DNA of 36,479 bases from a virus, in the IMG/VR virus record IMGVR_UViG_3300045988_166466. One strand, 5' to 3'. Below, piece by piece: positions 8,695-17,727 of the stretch. A program made the position numbers and the translations under genes. Under the pieces are notes generated by a model. The model did not search any database, was not told the origin of the DNA, and saw nothing but the letters and a program-made list of their open reading frames with translations. How positions within the stretch are numbered: the stretch's first letter is position 1; every line of letters begins with the position of its first letter.

Positions 8695-9344
8695 TGGTTA
8701 CTGACACCGAGCGCCGCGAGGTGGCGCAGAACATGAGAGACGGCGTTAAGAGCAAGGCCGAGTACGAGCTGCTGTCTCTCAACGGAAGCAGCGCGGCGAT
8801 AAGGTGGCTCATCTCCTACGTTGTGTTCGGGGACAAGAAGTACCACAGCGGAGTGGATTTGATGAACCGACTCGCCGACCTCATAGAGCCGGATACGACT
8901 AGCGATACGACTAAGTCAGCCGAAGATACGACTAAAGCTCCGACAAGCTCTGACACTGCTTCGACAAGCTCCGGCGCTGCTCCGACACACACCGACGCCG
9001 CTGCGACGTGCGACGTGTCGCAGAGCCGTCGCGACACCGTCGCGTGCAACCCGACCGGGCGCGGCATCGACTCCATCTACGAGTGGTGCTTCGAGCGCCT
9101 CGAGGGCGCGGACGGGGCCGAGGACGAGCTCTACTGCTCCATCATGCGCGCCATCGAGGACTACCGGCACCCGGAGCTCGCGAACGCGCACACCGTGCGG
9201 CCCGCCGACCGCGAGGCACTGCTGGCGCTGGCGGACGAGATGGAAGAAGAGGGCGTCGGTAGATTCAGCACAACAGTAAGAGGCGGATGGCTTGTTGATA
9301 GCGCATACCGCATCCGCGAGGCTCTGGGGGTGGTGGAAGAATGA
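8694..9344 (+). CDS. Hypothetical protein with a Thr/Ser-rich low-complexity linker
   Basis: TAATG overlap. The segment DTTSDTTKSAEDTTKAPTSSDTASTSS is encoded by short DNA repeats. Confidence 0.5.
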   Translation: MVTDTERREVAQNMRDGVKSKAEYELLSLNGSSAAIRWLISYVVFGDKKYHSGVDLMNRLADLIEPDTTSDTTKSAEDTTKAPTSSDTASTSSGAAPTHTDAAATCDVSQSRRDTVACNPTGRGIDSIYEWCFERLEGADGAEDELYCSIMRAIEDYRHPELANAHTVRPADREALLALADEMEEEGVGRFSTTVRGGWLVDSAYRIREALGVVEE

Positions 9345-9580
9345 CTGACTGTCGAAACTGCCTGCACTTCACCGATTTCGGTGGCACGATCGGCAACGAG
9401 GTCGGTTGCTGCAACAACCCCGTCCTCTCTTGTGGCGGCGGCGCCGCTCCCGTTGGGAGCTACTTCATGTCGTGCGAGGAGTTCGAGTCGGCGTCTGGGC
9501 TCTGGGTGACGTGCCCACACTGCGGGATAAGGGTGTTCGTGACGGTCTGCGTCGAGGCGTGCGGGGAGCGGGCATCATGA
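9341..9580 (+). CDS. Small Cys-rich protein (12 Cys)
   Basis: ATGA overlap. Confidence 0.45.
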   Translation: MTDCRNCLHFTDFGGTIGNEVGCCNNPVLSCGGGAAPVGSYFMSCEEFESASGLWVTCPHCGIRVFVTVCVEACGERAS

Positions 9581-9966
9581 GCCGCACGCGCACCTACTGC
9601 CCGCACTGCGGTCGCATTGTACCGGCGGGCAAGCGATGCCCGTGCCGCCCGAGACCGAAGCGCAAGCCCACCGAGGGAGACCGCACGCGTGGGAGGCGCG
9701 AGCCGTGGCGCGGCAACTACTCCACCAAGGAGTATCAGGCCGCGAGGCAGAAGGCGATAGCTAGGACCAAGGGTAGGTGCTCGGCGTGCGGGAGGGCGTG
9801 CGCGTGGTTCGACGGCGCCAAGTGGAGGACGGCCGGGATGGGAGGGGAGGTGGACCACATCGTGCCGCTGTGCAAGGGCGGGACGAACGCGCCGGGAAAC
9901 CTGCAGCTGCTCTGCAAGAGCTGCCACGGCACCAAGGACGCAAGGCTCAGGAGGGAGACCCCCTAG
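9577..9966 (+). CDS. HNH endonuclease (packaging-associated type)
   Basis: EVDHIVPLCKGGTNAPGNLQLLCKSCHGTK. It lies last in the early operon, just before the packaging module. Confidence 0.85.
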   Translation: MSRTRTYCPHCGRIVPAGKRCPCRPRPKRKPTEGDRTRGRREPWRGNYSTKEYQAARQKAIARTKGRCSACGRACAWFDGAKWRTAGMGGEVDHIVPLCKGGTNAPGNLQLLCKSCHGTKDARLRRETP

Positions 9967-10113
9967 CCCCTCCGAAAACCAGAAACGCTTCCTCATACCC
10001 CGCGCGCCCCTCCCACGCATCTATCGCCACGAAATTGGAGGTCCGGGGGGTCTGGACGCGGGCGCAACGCTAAGAGGCCCGAAAACGCAACGCTAAATCT
10101 CACGGCCGATATA

Positions 10114-10145
10114 GCCTCCTTTCACACGCTGGAAGGAGGCTTTTT
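10114..10145 (+). terminator. Rho-independent terminator whose 3' stem contains the RBS of the next gene
   Basis: AGCCTCCTT-(10-nt loop)-AAGGAGGCT followed by TTTT and the ATG at 10146. Confidence 0.6.
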
Positions 10146-11240
10146 ATGCGAGAAACCGAGCTGAAAATCGAGGAAATCCCGATAGAAGAGCTGGTTCCGT
10201 ACGAAAACAACGCCAAGAGGCACACGCGCGAGCAGATCGCCGCCGTTGAGGCGTCAATCAGGGAGTTCGGCTTCCGCGCGCCCTGCATCGTGTGGCGCAA
10301 CGACGACGGGCGCCCCGAGGTGGTAGCGGGCCACGCCAGAATCACCGCCGCCAAGAACCTCGGCCTGAAGAAGGTGCCGTGCGTGTCGTGCGACGACCTC
10401 ACCGACGCCCAGCGCCGCGCCCTCACGCTCGCGGACAACCAGACCACGATGATGACCGGCTGGGACGATTCCATGCTCGCCTATGAGCTGGACACACTGT
10501 GCGGCGAGTTCAACATGGCGGACTTCGGATTCGGCGATTCCATCGACTTCTCTGACCTATCCTCCATGGCCGAGGACACCGAAGAGAGCCTTGCCTTCGA
10601 GGAGAAGTTCAAGCCGAAGAAGACAACCGATGACTGCTACACGCCGCCAGAGATCTACGAGGTCATAAAGGACTGGGCTTGCTCCGAATACAACATCGAC
10701 CCAGCGAAGGTAGTGCGACCGTTCTATCCGGGAGGCGACTACGAGAAGTTCGATTACAGCGGCGGCAAGGTGGTCGTGGACAATCCGCCGTTCTCCATCC
10801 TCACGCAGATATGCGAGTTCTACGTCGAGAACGGCGTCCCGTTCTTCCTCTTCTGCCCGACGCTGACAGGGTTCGGCTCCAGGCGTCTCGCGATGAAGAC
10901 ATGCCACCTGATATGCGGGTGCAAGATCATCTACGAGAACGGCGCGAGCGTGAACACGTCATTCGTGACGAGCTACGGCGGAGATGTCGTTGCAAAGACA
11001 GTCCCAGACCTTCGTGAGATCGTGGACGCCAAGGTCGATGAGATACGAGATCGCGAAACCACCGACCTGCCCAACTACGAGTATCCCGATGAGGTCATAA
11101 CCGCCGCCATGATGGGGCGATGGAGCAAGTACGGCGTTGAGTTCGAGGTTCGACGGTCAGACTGCCTGCCCATCTCAAAGCTCGACTCTCAAGAGGAATC
11201 AGGAGCGGCAATCTACGGGGGGGGGGTTGCTGCTCAGTGA
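10146..11240 (+). CDS. ParB-like nuclease domain fused to an N6-adenine DNA methyltransferase
   Basis: N-terminal ParB/Srx pattern (IPIEELVPYENNAKRH...GHARITAA). C-terminal DDCYTPPEIYEVI and the catalytic NPPFS (motif IV), resembling the phage Dam family. Confidence 0.75.
   Translation: MRETELKIEEIPIEELVPYENNAKRHTREQIAAVEASIREFGFRAPCIVWRNDDGRPEVVAGHARITAAKNLGLKKVPCVSCDDLTDAQRRALTLADNQTTMMTGWDDSMLAYELDTLCGEFNMADFGFGDSIDFSDLSSMAEDTEESLAFEEKFKPKKTTDDCYTPPEIYEVIKDWACSEYNIDPAKVVRPFYPGGDYEKFDYSGGKVVVDNPPFSILTQICEFYVENGVPFFLFCPTLTGFGSRRLAMKTCHLICGCKIIYENGASVNTSFVTSYGGDVVAKTVPDLREIVDAKVDEIRDRETTDLPNYEYPDEVITAAMMGRWSKYGVEFEVRRSDCLPISKLDSQEESGAAIYGGGVAAQ
11217..11226 (+). repeat. G10 homopolymer in the last codons of the methyltransferase gene
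   Basis: Read directly: GGGGGGGGGG. Confidence 0.8.
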
Positions 11241-11298
11241 GCGTGCAGCGGCAGAGCGTGCAGCGGCAGAGCGTGCAGCGGCAGAGCGTGCAGCGGCA
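11239..11298 (+). repeat. Four tandem copies of the 15-bp unit GAGCGTGCAGCGGCA
   Basis: Read directly. Lies in the intergenic region between the methyltransferase gene and the Zn-ribbon/TerS genes. Confidence 0.9.
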
Positions 11299-11347
11299 AC
11301 AAAATGGGAGCTCTCTCCCAGAGAGGTCGAGTTGGTGAGAAGCCTAG

Positions 11348-11647
11348 GTGATTAAGCGATGCGAGATATGCGGGCGGGAGTTCAAGGCCCAGCGAAGCAC
11401 GGCGCGGTACTGCTCCGCCACGTGCCGATCGCGCGCGGCCAGAGGCTACGCCTACACGGGCGAGCTTCAGGCGCCCGCCCCGTCCGCATCCATGACCGAT
11501 GACGAGGTGCTAGAGGTGGTCCAGCGCGCCCACGCCGTGGCGAGCGACCTCTCGCGCGCCTCGATGCTGACCACGGCGCCCCTGTGCCTCAGGCTCCGCA
11601 GGGCGGCGAAGAGGATAGAGGACGCGCTGAGGGGTGAGGAGCTGTGA
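11348..11647 (+). CDS. Hypothetical Zn-ribbon protein upstream of TerS
   Basis: GTG start. CEICG...CSATC. Confidence 0.5.
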   Translation: MIKRCEICGREFKAQRSTARYCSATCRSRAARGYAYTGELQAPAPSASMTDDEVLEVVQRAHAVASDLSRASMLTTAPLCLRLRRAAKRIEDALRGEEL

Positions 11648-12186
11648 AGGGCGCCAAGCCGAAGCACAACGCCATACGCCGGGGCCTCTCCGACTCCTAC
11701 GGGCTCGCCGCGCGGGACTCGTCAGGCGTCGTCATGCCAGCCGACATAGCCGAAGACCCCGTGCAGAGCGAGATATGGGCTTGGATTGCCCCGCCGGTGA
11801 ACAGCTTCACCGAGCAGGACATCCCGACGCTCAGGCTCCTCACCTACTGGCACGCCGTGGCGCATCAGGCGGAGCAGGCCATCCACTCCGAGGACGGCAA
11901 GATAGCGATATTCGACAAGATTGGCGTGAAGCCCTTCAAGACGCCGGACGGCCGCGAGGTGCCGCTGGTGCGCAAGAGCCCCGCGCTCACCATCCTCAAG
12001 GAGGCCAGCTCGGAGATTCGCGCGCTCTCGGACATGCTCGGCCTCTCGCCGCTTGCCCGCTCGCGCATCGGCCTCATGGATGCCACCGCGACCAAGACCG
12101 CAGCCGACACCGCCGCCATGTTCCGCTCCATCGACGCCGCCTACGAGCTGCCGGAGGTCGAGGTGGTAGTAGATGAGGAGGACTGA
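11644..12186 (+). CDS. Terminase small subunit, P27-family-like
   Basis: Position, size and N-terminal MKGAKPKHNAIRRG resemble the P27 family. It overlaps the TerL start. Confidence 0.6.
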   Translation: MKGAKPKHNAIRRGLSDSYGLAARDSSGVVMPADIAEDPVQSEIWAWIAPPVNSFTEQDIPTLRLLTYWHAVAHQAEQAIHSEDGKIAIFDKIGVKPFKTPDGREVPLVRKSPALTILKEASSEIRALSDMLGLSPLARSRIGLMDATATKTAADTAAMFRSIDAAYELPEVEVVVDEED

Positions 12187-13642
12187 GACCGCGTATTCGC
12201 GCGAGGGCCTAGTGATGGCCCGCGACTACGAGAGGTGCCTCTCATCGATGTGCCACCACGTGTCGAACGACTCCTACTACGGGAAGCCGTTCCTGCTCGA
12301 GCCGTTTCAGCGCGAGAACATCTGGAAGCCCATATTCGCGACCGGGAGCATGGAGGGCGGAAGGTTCAAGCGCCGGTTCCGCCGCGTGATAATCGGCCTC
12401 CCGTCCGGCTACGGCAAGACCGAGCTCGCGGCGGCCATCGTGCTCACCGTGGCCACGATGGAGGTCATACACAACGGCCAGTACGGCGTGGTTGCGTCGA
12501 GCAAGGACCAGGTGCGCAACATCTTCGAGAAGATTGCCACCATGATTAAGCTCAACGACACGTGGCGCGACCAGTGGGAGATAGGCAAGGACGTCATCAC
12601 CCACCGCGAGACCGGCGCCAAGATCATGGTGCTGCCGAACAAGCCGGACGCCCTTGAATCGTGGCACTTCAACGTTCTCGTATTCGATGAGCTCCACGTC
12701 TACAAGGACAACAGGGTGTGGGACGCCGGACTCAAGGGACAGAAGGTGCTCTGGAACCCGCTCTCCATCGGCATCACCACCGCAGCGGACGCGCGCGAGG
12801 GCTTCCTGTGGGAGACCTTGCAGAAGGCCGACGACGACCCCGGCATGTACCTCTACTGGCTCGGCCTCGATGACAAGGAGGACATCGACAAGCGCGAGAG
12901 CTGGGAGCCGCTCATGTGCGCCTCGTGGGTCACGTGGGAGAGCATCCAAGACCAGCGCGGCATGGCCACGTCCAAGAGGTCGTTCGAGCGCTACACCGCC
13001 AACCGATTCCCGTCGTACAGGGACGCGTACTCGTGCTTTACCACGGCGCAGCTCGACCGGTGCGAGCGCGGCGTCAACAGGCTCGACTTCGAGCGGCCCT
13101 ACACCATCGGAATCGACGGCGCCACGGCGGGAGACTCCTACGCGATAGTGGCCTATCAGGAGCGCCCGAACAAGAGCGGGAAGATGGTCGGCTACACCAA
13201 GAGCTGGATATTCGACACGCCGGACGAGGACACCGGGCACTACCCGCTGAACCAGATCATGGAGCTCATAGCCGGGGTGTGCCAAGAGCACTGGCCGGAG
13301 GTCGTTGGCATCGATCCGAACCGCATGATCGTCATGAGCAGCCAGCTCGAAGACGTGTACGGCATCGACACCGTCTCCTTCGTGCAGAACAACGCCACCA
13401 TGTGCCAGGCGACCTCCATCGTGATGAACCTCGTGAAGGACGGGCGCCTCAAGCTCAAGGGGCAGAGGAAGCTCCGCCAGCACTTGGAGAACACCGTCGA
13501 GGAGGAGCGCGAGCCCTACGGCACGCGATTCGGTAAGGACTCGCGAAAGTCCAAGATAGACGGCGCAATCGCCCTCGCGATAGCCGCCCTCGCCTACGAC
13601 AAGCTCGTGTCGGGGAGCGAGGACGCGCCGGAGATCTACTAA
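12173..13642 (+). CDS. Terminase large subunit
   Basis: Walker A GLPSGYGKTELAA, Walker B VLVFDELHV, and a C-terminal nuclease domain. ATG 12215 is an alternative start. Confidence 0.9.
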   Translation: MRRTETAYSREGLVMARDYERCLSSMCHHVSNDSYYGKPFLLEPFQRENIWKPIFATGSMEGGRFKRRFRRVIIGLPSGYGKTELAAAIVLTVATMEVIHNGQYGVVASSKDQVRNIFEKIATMIKLNDTWRDQWEIGKDVITHRETGAKIMVLPNKPDALESWHFNVLVFDELHVYKDNRVWDAGLKGQKVLWNPLSIGITTAADAREGFLWETLQKADDDPGMYLYWLGLDDKEDIDKRESWEPLMCASWVTWESIQDQRGMATSKRSFERYTANRFPSYRDAYSCFTTAQLDRCERGVNRLDFERPYTIGIDGATAGDSYAIVAYQERPNKSGKMVGYTKSWIFDTPDEDTGHYPLNQIMELIAGVCQEHWPEVVGIDPNRMIVMSSQLEDVYGIDTVSFVQNNATMCQATSIVMNLVKDGRLKLKGQRKLRQHLENTVEEEREPYGTRFGKDSRKSKIDGAIALAIAALAYDKLVSGSEDAPEIY

Positions 13643-13684
13643 TCTCACGCCGCCCGTACCATGCCGCCAGACGAAAGGGGCAGC

Positions 13685-14983
13685 ATGGGACGCTTCTACA
13701 ACATGTGGTACAAGCGCGGGGAGGAGCCCGACCCCTCCGACGTTGTGAGGGTCAACCTCCCTCCGGGCTTCGCGCCCACCCCGGCGGGCTACGGCGCCCT
13801 CATGTCCATCGACTACGCGGCGTGCGAGCAGACAAAGGCCCGCTCCATGGCGAGCCTCCCGTTCAGCGTCGTGAACCACCGCCGCAGCGGCTCCGAGCGC
13901 CTGAACAACCACGCTCTGGTGAGGCTCCTCAACGGCATGCCGAACGAGGAGATGACGGCACCGGCGCTCATGGCGTGGACGGTGCTCCGCCGCGACACAT
14001 TCGGCAACGCGTACTGGTTCATCGAGTGGGACCGTGGGCGCATCGAGGCCATCTGGCCTGTCACCGCAGCCGTCACGCACAACTACAACCCCGACGCCCC
14101 CAAGGGCAGGCGCACGACCTACACCGTCTCGGCCGGCGACAAGCACGTACCGGCAGGGACGTACTTCACGGACGAGATCGTGAACATCTCCACGCACGTG
14201 ACCAAGGACGGCATCAAGGGCTACTCGCTCGCGAAGATGGCCGCCGAGGAGATCGGGCTCTCCCTCGACCTCGAGCGCTTCTACCGCTCGATGCTCCGCA
14301 ACGGCAACCATCACCTCGGCCACGTCGAGCTGCCCGATGGCAACGCAATCAACGACAAGAAGAAGCTGGACGCCCTGCGCAGGGCCGTGGACATGAAGAG
14401 CGGCGTGGACGAGGCGGGGCGGGCGCCCATCTTCGGGTACGGCGCCAAGTGGGTCGCCGACCAGCAGACCATGAAGGACGCCTCGGTCATCGAGCAGCAG
14501 AAGTGGGTTCTGCATCAGGTGTGCCGAGCGTGCAACGTGCCGCCTTGGAAGGTCTACGACGGCGACCAGACCACCTACGCCGGTGGGCAGCAGTCGAGCA
14601 TCGACTACGTGACAGACACCATCATCCCGGACGTGCGCCAGATCGAGATGGCTCTCGTCCCGGTCCTCCGGGCGTGTGGGCTCCCGAACGCACAGGCCAA
14701 GTTCCGCACGCAGGGGCTCATGCGCGGCGACGACGCGGCGCGCACCCAGTACTACCGAGAGATGGGCTACCTCGGCGCCATCACGCGTCACGACGTGCGC
14801 GACCTCGAGGACTTCGACCCCATCGACGGAATCGACCTCCCGCTGTTCCCGCTCAACTACGGAACGGTCAACCCGGACGGCACGGTAAACGTCTTCAACG
14901 CCAGCAATCAGGAGAAGCCAACGGAGCCCGGGGACGGGAGCCAGACAGGGATTGGAGGCCCAAGTGTTCCAAATCAAGAATGA
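13685..14983 (+). CDS. Portal protein (HK97-like)
   Basis: About 430 aa immediately after TerL. RBS AAAGGGG. ATG 13661 is an alternative start. Confidence 0.8.
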   Translation: MGRFYNMWYKRGEEPDPSDVVRVNLPPGFAPTPAGYGALMSIDYAACEQTKARSMASLPFSVVNHRRSGSERLNNHALVRLLNGMPNEEMTAPALMAWTVLRRDTFGNAYWFIEWDRGRIEAIWPVTAAVTHNYNPDAPKGRRTTYTVSAGDKHVPAGTYFTDEIVNISTHVTKDGIKGYSLAKMAAEEIGLSLDLERFYRSMLRNGNHHLGHVELPDGNAINDKKKLDALRRAVDMKSGVDEAGRAPIFGYGAKWVADQQTMKDASVIEQQKWVLHQVCRACNVPPWKVYDGDQTTYAGGQQSSIDYVTDTIIPDVRQIEMALVPVLRACGLPNAQAKFRTQGLMRGDDAARTQYYREMGYLGAITRHDVRDLEDFDPIDGIDLPLFPLNYGTVNPDGTVNVFNASNQEKPTEPGDGSQTGIGGPSVPNQE

Positions 14984-15668
14984 GGCCCAGCGCGCCACGG
15001 TGTACCTCTACGGCACCATCGGCGCGGACTTCTGGGACGAGGACTCGAGCAACACCGCCAAGAACTTCGCGGCCACGCTCGACGCCCTGAGCCCTAAGCC
15101 GCTCGACGTCCGCATCGACTCGTGCGGCGGCGACGTATACGAGGGGTTCGCCATCGCCTCGGCAATCCAGCGCTACGAGGGCGAGACGACCGTCTACGTG
15201 GACGGCATCGCGGCCTCGGCGGCCTCCTACATCGCCGTCATGGCCGACAAGGTCATCATGAACGACTTCTCGCAGCTGATGATCCACGACGCGTGGACGT
15301 ACACCTGCGGCAACTCGGCGGAGCTCCTCGTGGCGGCGGAGCGCCTCGACGCCGTTGACGCCGCGATCGCGGGCATCATCGCCGCCCGCTCCGGCATGGA
15401 CATCGAGGACGTCCGAGCGGCCATGGACGCGGAGACGTGGTACGACGGCGCGGCGGCAGTGGAGGCGGGCCTCGCGGACGAGGTCATCGAGACCGACCAG
15501 CGCGTCGCCGCCTCCATCGACCGCGCCATCCTCGCCCGCTTCAAGCACGTCCCCGAGGGCATCTGCGGGGAGGCGGAGGACAAATCTCACGCCGCAAATA
15601 CCATGCAGCCGGACGAGGGGAGCCGCCTCCTCGTGCTGGGAAACAGGGTCTACCAGACAAAGGAGTAG
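14964..15668 (+). CDS. ClpP-like prohead maturation protease
   Basis: DSCGGDVYEGFAIASAIQ...GIAASAASYIAVMADKVIMNDFSQLMIHD (Ser-His catalytic context of the S14 family). GTG after GGAGG. Confidence 0.85.
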   Translation: MFQIKNEAQRATVYLYGTIGADFWDEDSSNTAKNFAATLDALSPKPLDVRIDSCGGDVYEGFAIASAIQRYEGETTVYVDGIAASAASYIAVMADKVIMNDFSQLMIHDAWTYTCGNSAELLVAAERLDAVDAAIAGIIAARSGMDIEDVRAAMDAETWYDGAAAVEAGLADEVIETDQRVAASIDRAILARFKHVPEGICGEAEDKSHAANTMQPDEGSRLLVLGNRVYQTKE

Positions 15669-15670
15669 AA

Positions 15671-16795
15671 ATGGCAGTCATCACTTCCAAGCAGCTCTGG
15701 CAGGAGCGCAACCGACTCGCCGAGGAGCAGCGCATCGCCGCCGACTCCGGCGACAAGGACAAGGCCCTCGTCATTCAGGGCCACATCGAGCAGCTCGACA
15801 TCACGCTCGAGCACGTCATCGACATGGAGGACGCGCTCCGCAACGCGCCCAAGCCCAAGCCGCAGAACGCCTCCTTCGCCGAGCGCATCTTCGGCGCCCG
15901 CGACGAGTTCCACGGCGTCGAGGTCGGCTTCAAGAACTCCGCCGAGGTCGGCCCGCGCAACGACGCCACCGTCGTCACCGTCGGCGCGCCCACCGAGATC
16001 GAGCTCGAGCTCCCGGCCAAGCCCGAGTCGCCGTTCCAGACCTTCGCGGACACCCTCCTCGAGGCCCCCGCAGCCGGTTCCGTCAGCTACAAGCAGCGCA
16101 GCACCCAGACCGGCTCCCCGGACACGTGGGGCGGCGTGACCTCCGGCAACTCCGCTACCAAGAGCCGCGTGCTCTACTCCTACAAGGACGCCGTGGCCAA
16201 CAAGGAGACCATCGCGGGCTACGTCCCCATCTCCAAGGAGTCCCTCAAGGACTACGACGAGCTGATGGACGTCACCAACCACGACCTCCTGCTCGACCTC
16301 GACATGAAGACCAACTCCAAGTACTGGACCGGCGACAGCTCCACCGGAATCGTGGGCATCACCAACGTAACCGGAATCCAGACCTTCGAGACCGCCATGG
16401 GCGGCAACTACTACGAGGCCATCCGCAAGATGCGCACCCTCGTCATGACGAACGGCCTCTGCATCCCCACGCACGTCGCCGTCTCGCCCGAGATCAAGGA
16501 GGTCATCGACCTCTACAAGACCGCCACGGGCCTCTACCAGACGCTCGGCACCAACATCTACTGGGGCATGCCCGTCGTGGAAGACCCCGACTGCCCCGGC
16601 ATCCTCGTGTACGACTCCTTCGCCGCCCGACGCCGCGCCATCCACGGCGGGGTCTCGGTGGAGATCGGCTACTACAACGACCAGTTCATCAAGAACGAGC
16701 TGTCCATCCTCGCCGAGTGGACCAAGGCGCTTCAGGTCCGCCGCCCCGACGGCTTCTGCTACGCCGAGAAGACCGACCTCGACAAGACCGCATAA
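15671..16795 (+). CDS. Major capsid protein (HK97 fold) with an N-terminal delta domain
   Basis: Position after the protease, a coiled-coil N-terminus, and the C-terminal pattern typical of HK97 major capsid proteins. Confidence 0.85.
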   Translation: MAVITSKQLWQERNRLAEEQRIAADSGDKDKALVIQGHIEQLDITLEHVIDMEDALRNAPKPKPQNASFAERIFGARDEFHGVEVGFKNSAEVGPRNDATVVTVGAPTEIELELPAKPESPFQTFADTLLEAPAAGSVSYKQRSTQTGSPDTWGGVTSGNSATKSRVLYSYKDAVANKETIAGYVPISKESLKDYDELMDVTNHDLLLDLDMKTNSKYWTGDSSTGIVGITNVTGIQTFETAMGGNYYEAIRKMRTLVMTNGLCIPTHVAVSPEIKEVIDLYKTATGLYQTLGTNIYWGMPVVEDPDCPGILVYDSFAARRRAIHGGVSVEIGYYNDQFIKNELSILAEWTKALQVRRPDGFCYAEKTDLDKTA

Positions 16796-16804
16796 GGAGG
16801 GGCC

Positions 16805-16969
16805 ATGTACACGAGCACCGAGAGGGTCACGCGCGACGGCCGCCTCGTCGCCTACAAGGGCGAGACCATGTCCGACGACGAGGCCCGCGAGCGCGGCCTC
16901 CTCAAGGAGGAGAAGCCCAAGGGCAAGGCGCCGCGCCGCAAGGCCAAGCCCGAGAACGAGGAGGAGTGA
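16805..16969 (+). CDS. Hypothetical small basic protein
   Basis: RBS AAGGAGGGG. Confidence 0.4.
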   Translation: MYTSTERVTRDGRLVAYKGETMSDDEARERGLLKEEKPKGKAPRRKAKPENEEE

Positions 16970-17727
16970 TGCTCGTAGCGCCGGACTCGACAACCCGCGT
17001 CGCGGCATCCGAGGCCATCACGCTCAAGCTAGAGGCCGACGCCTCGATCGACTCCGCGACCCTGCGCCCCCGCTTCGGCGGGGAGCAGGGTCTCCCCGTT
17101 GAGGACAACGCCGTCGAGCTTCCCGTGATGAAGGCCCCCGACCTCCTGCGCATCGACTGGAAGCTCGGCGGCGAGACCATGTTCTTCACCTACTGCGAGG
17201 TGGTCTCCCGCCACTACTTCCCGCTCGACGCGCTCAGGGGCTACGGCGACGGGCAGGACGACTTCGACAAGCTCAGCGAGGAGGAGCTGTTCCAGGCGCG
17301 TCAGGCGGCCACCGAGGTCATCGAGCGCAACGCCTGCCGCTCCTTCGTCACCCGCATCGGGCGCACGAAGGACTACGGGCGCGGTGCGTACCTCCAGCTC
17401 GACCACAACGACGTGAGCGAGCTGCTGACCGAGGGCTACCGGCTCGAGAGCGACTGTCAGGCGACGCGCACCGCGTGCCACCCCCTCCCGTGCTGGGTCG
17501 AGTACCTATACGGCTACGGCGAGGTGCCCTCTCAGGTGTCCCGCGCCGCCTTGGAGCTCGCTGCCTACATGCTCCGCCCGTCGAACCGCCCCATCGGGGC
17601 CACGGGCGAGAGCACGGACGCGGGATTCATCCGCTTCACCACGGCCGGTCAGGACGGCGCCACGGACATCCCCGAGGTTAACGCCGCCATCGAGCAGTTC
17701 GGGCGGGGGGCGAACTGCCTATGGTGA
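16969..17727 (+). CDS. Putative head-tail connector/adaptor protein
   Basis: Position only. Confidence 0.4.
   Translation: MLVAPDSTTRVAASEAITLKLEADASIDSATLRPRFGGEQGLPVEDNAVELPVMKAPDLLRIDWKLGGETMFFTYCEVVSRHYFPLDALRGYGDGQDDFDKLSEEELFQARQAATEVIERNACRSFVTRIGRTKDYGRGAYLQLDHNDVSELLTEGYRLESDCQATRTACHPLPCWVEYLYGYGEVPSQVSRAALELAAYMLRPSNRPIGATGESTDAGFIRFTTAGQDGATDIPEVNAAIEQFGRGANCLW

Noticed and set aside
12242-14998. 918-aa ORF on the minus strand, plus similar long antisense ORFs at 20271..22253, 15650..17008, 1484..2251 and 3487..4314
   Set aside because: They lie antisense to well-supported terminase, portal, tape measure and capsid genes. Their translations are Arg/Gly/Ala/Pro-rich junk. Long open antisense frames are expected at about 65 % GC.
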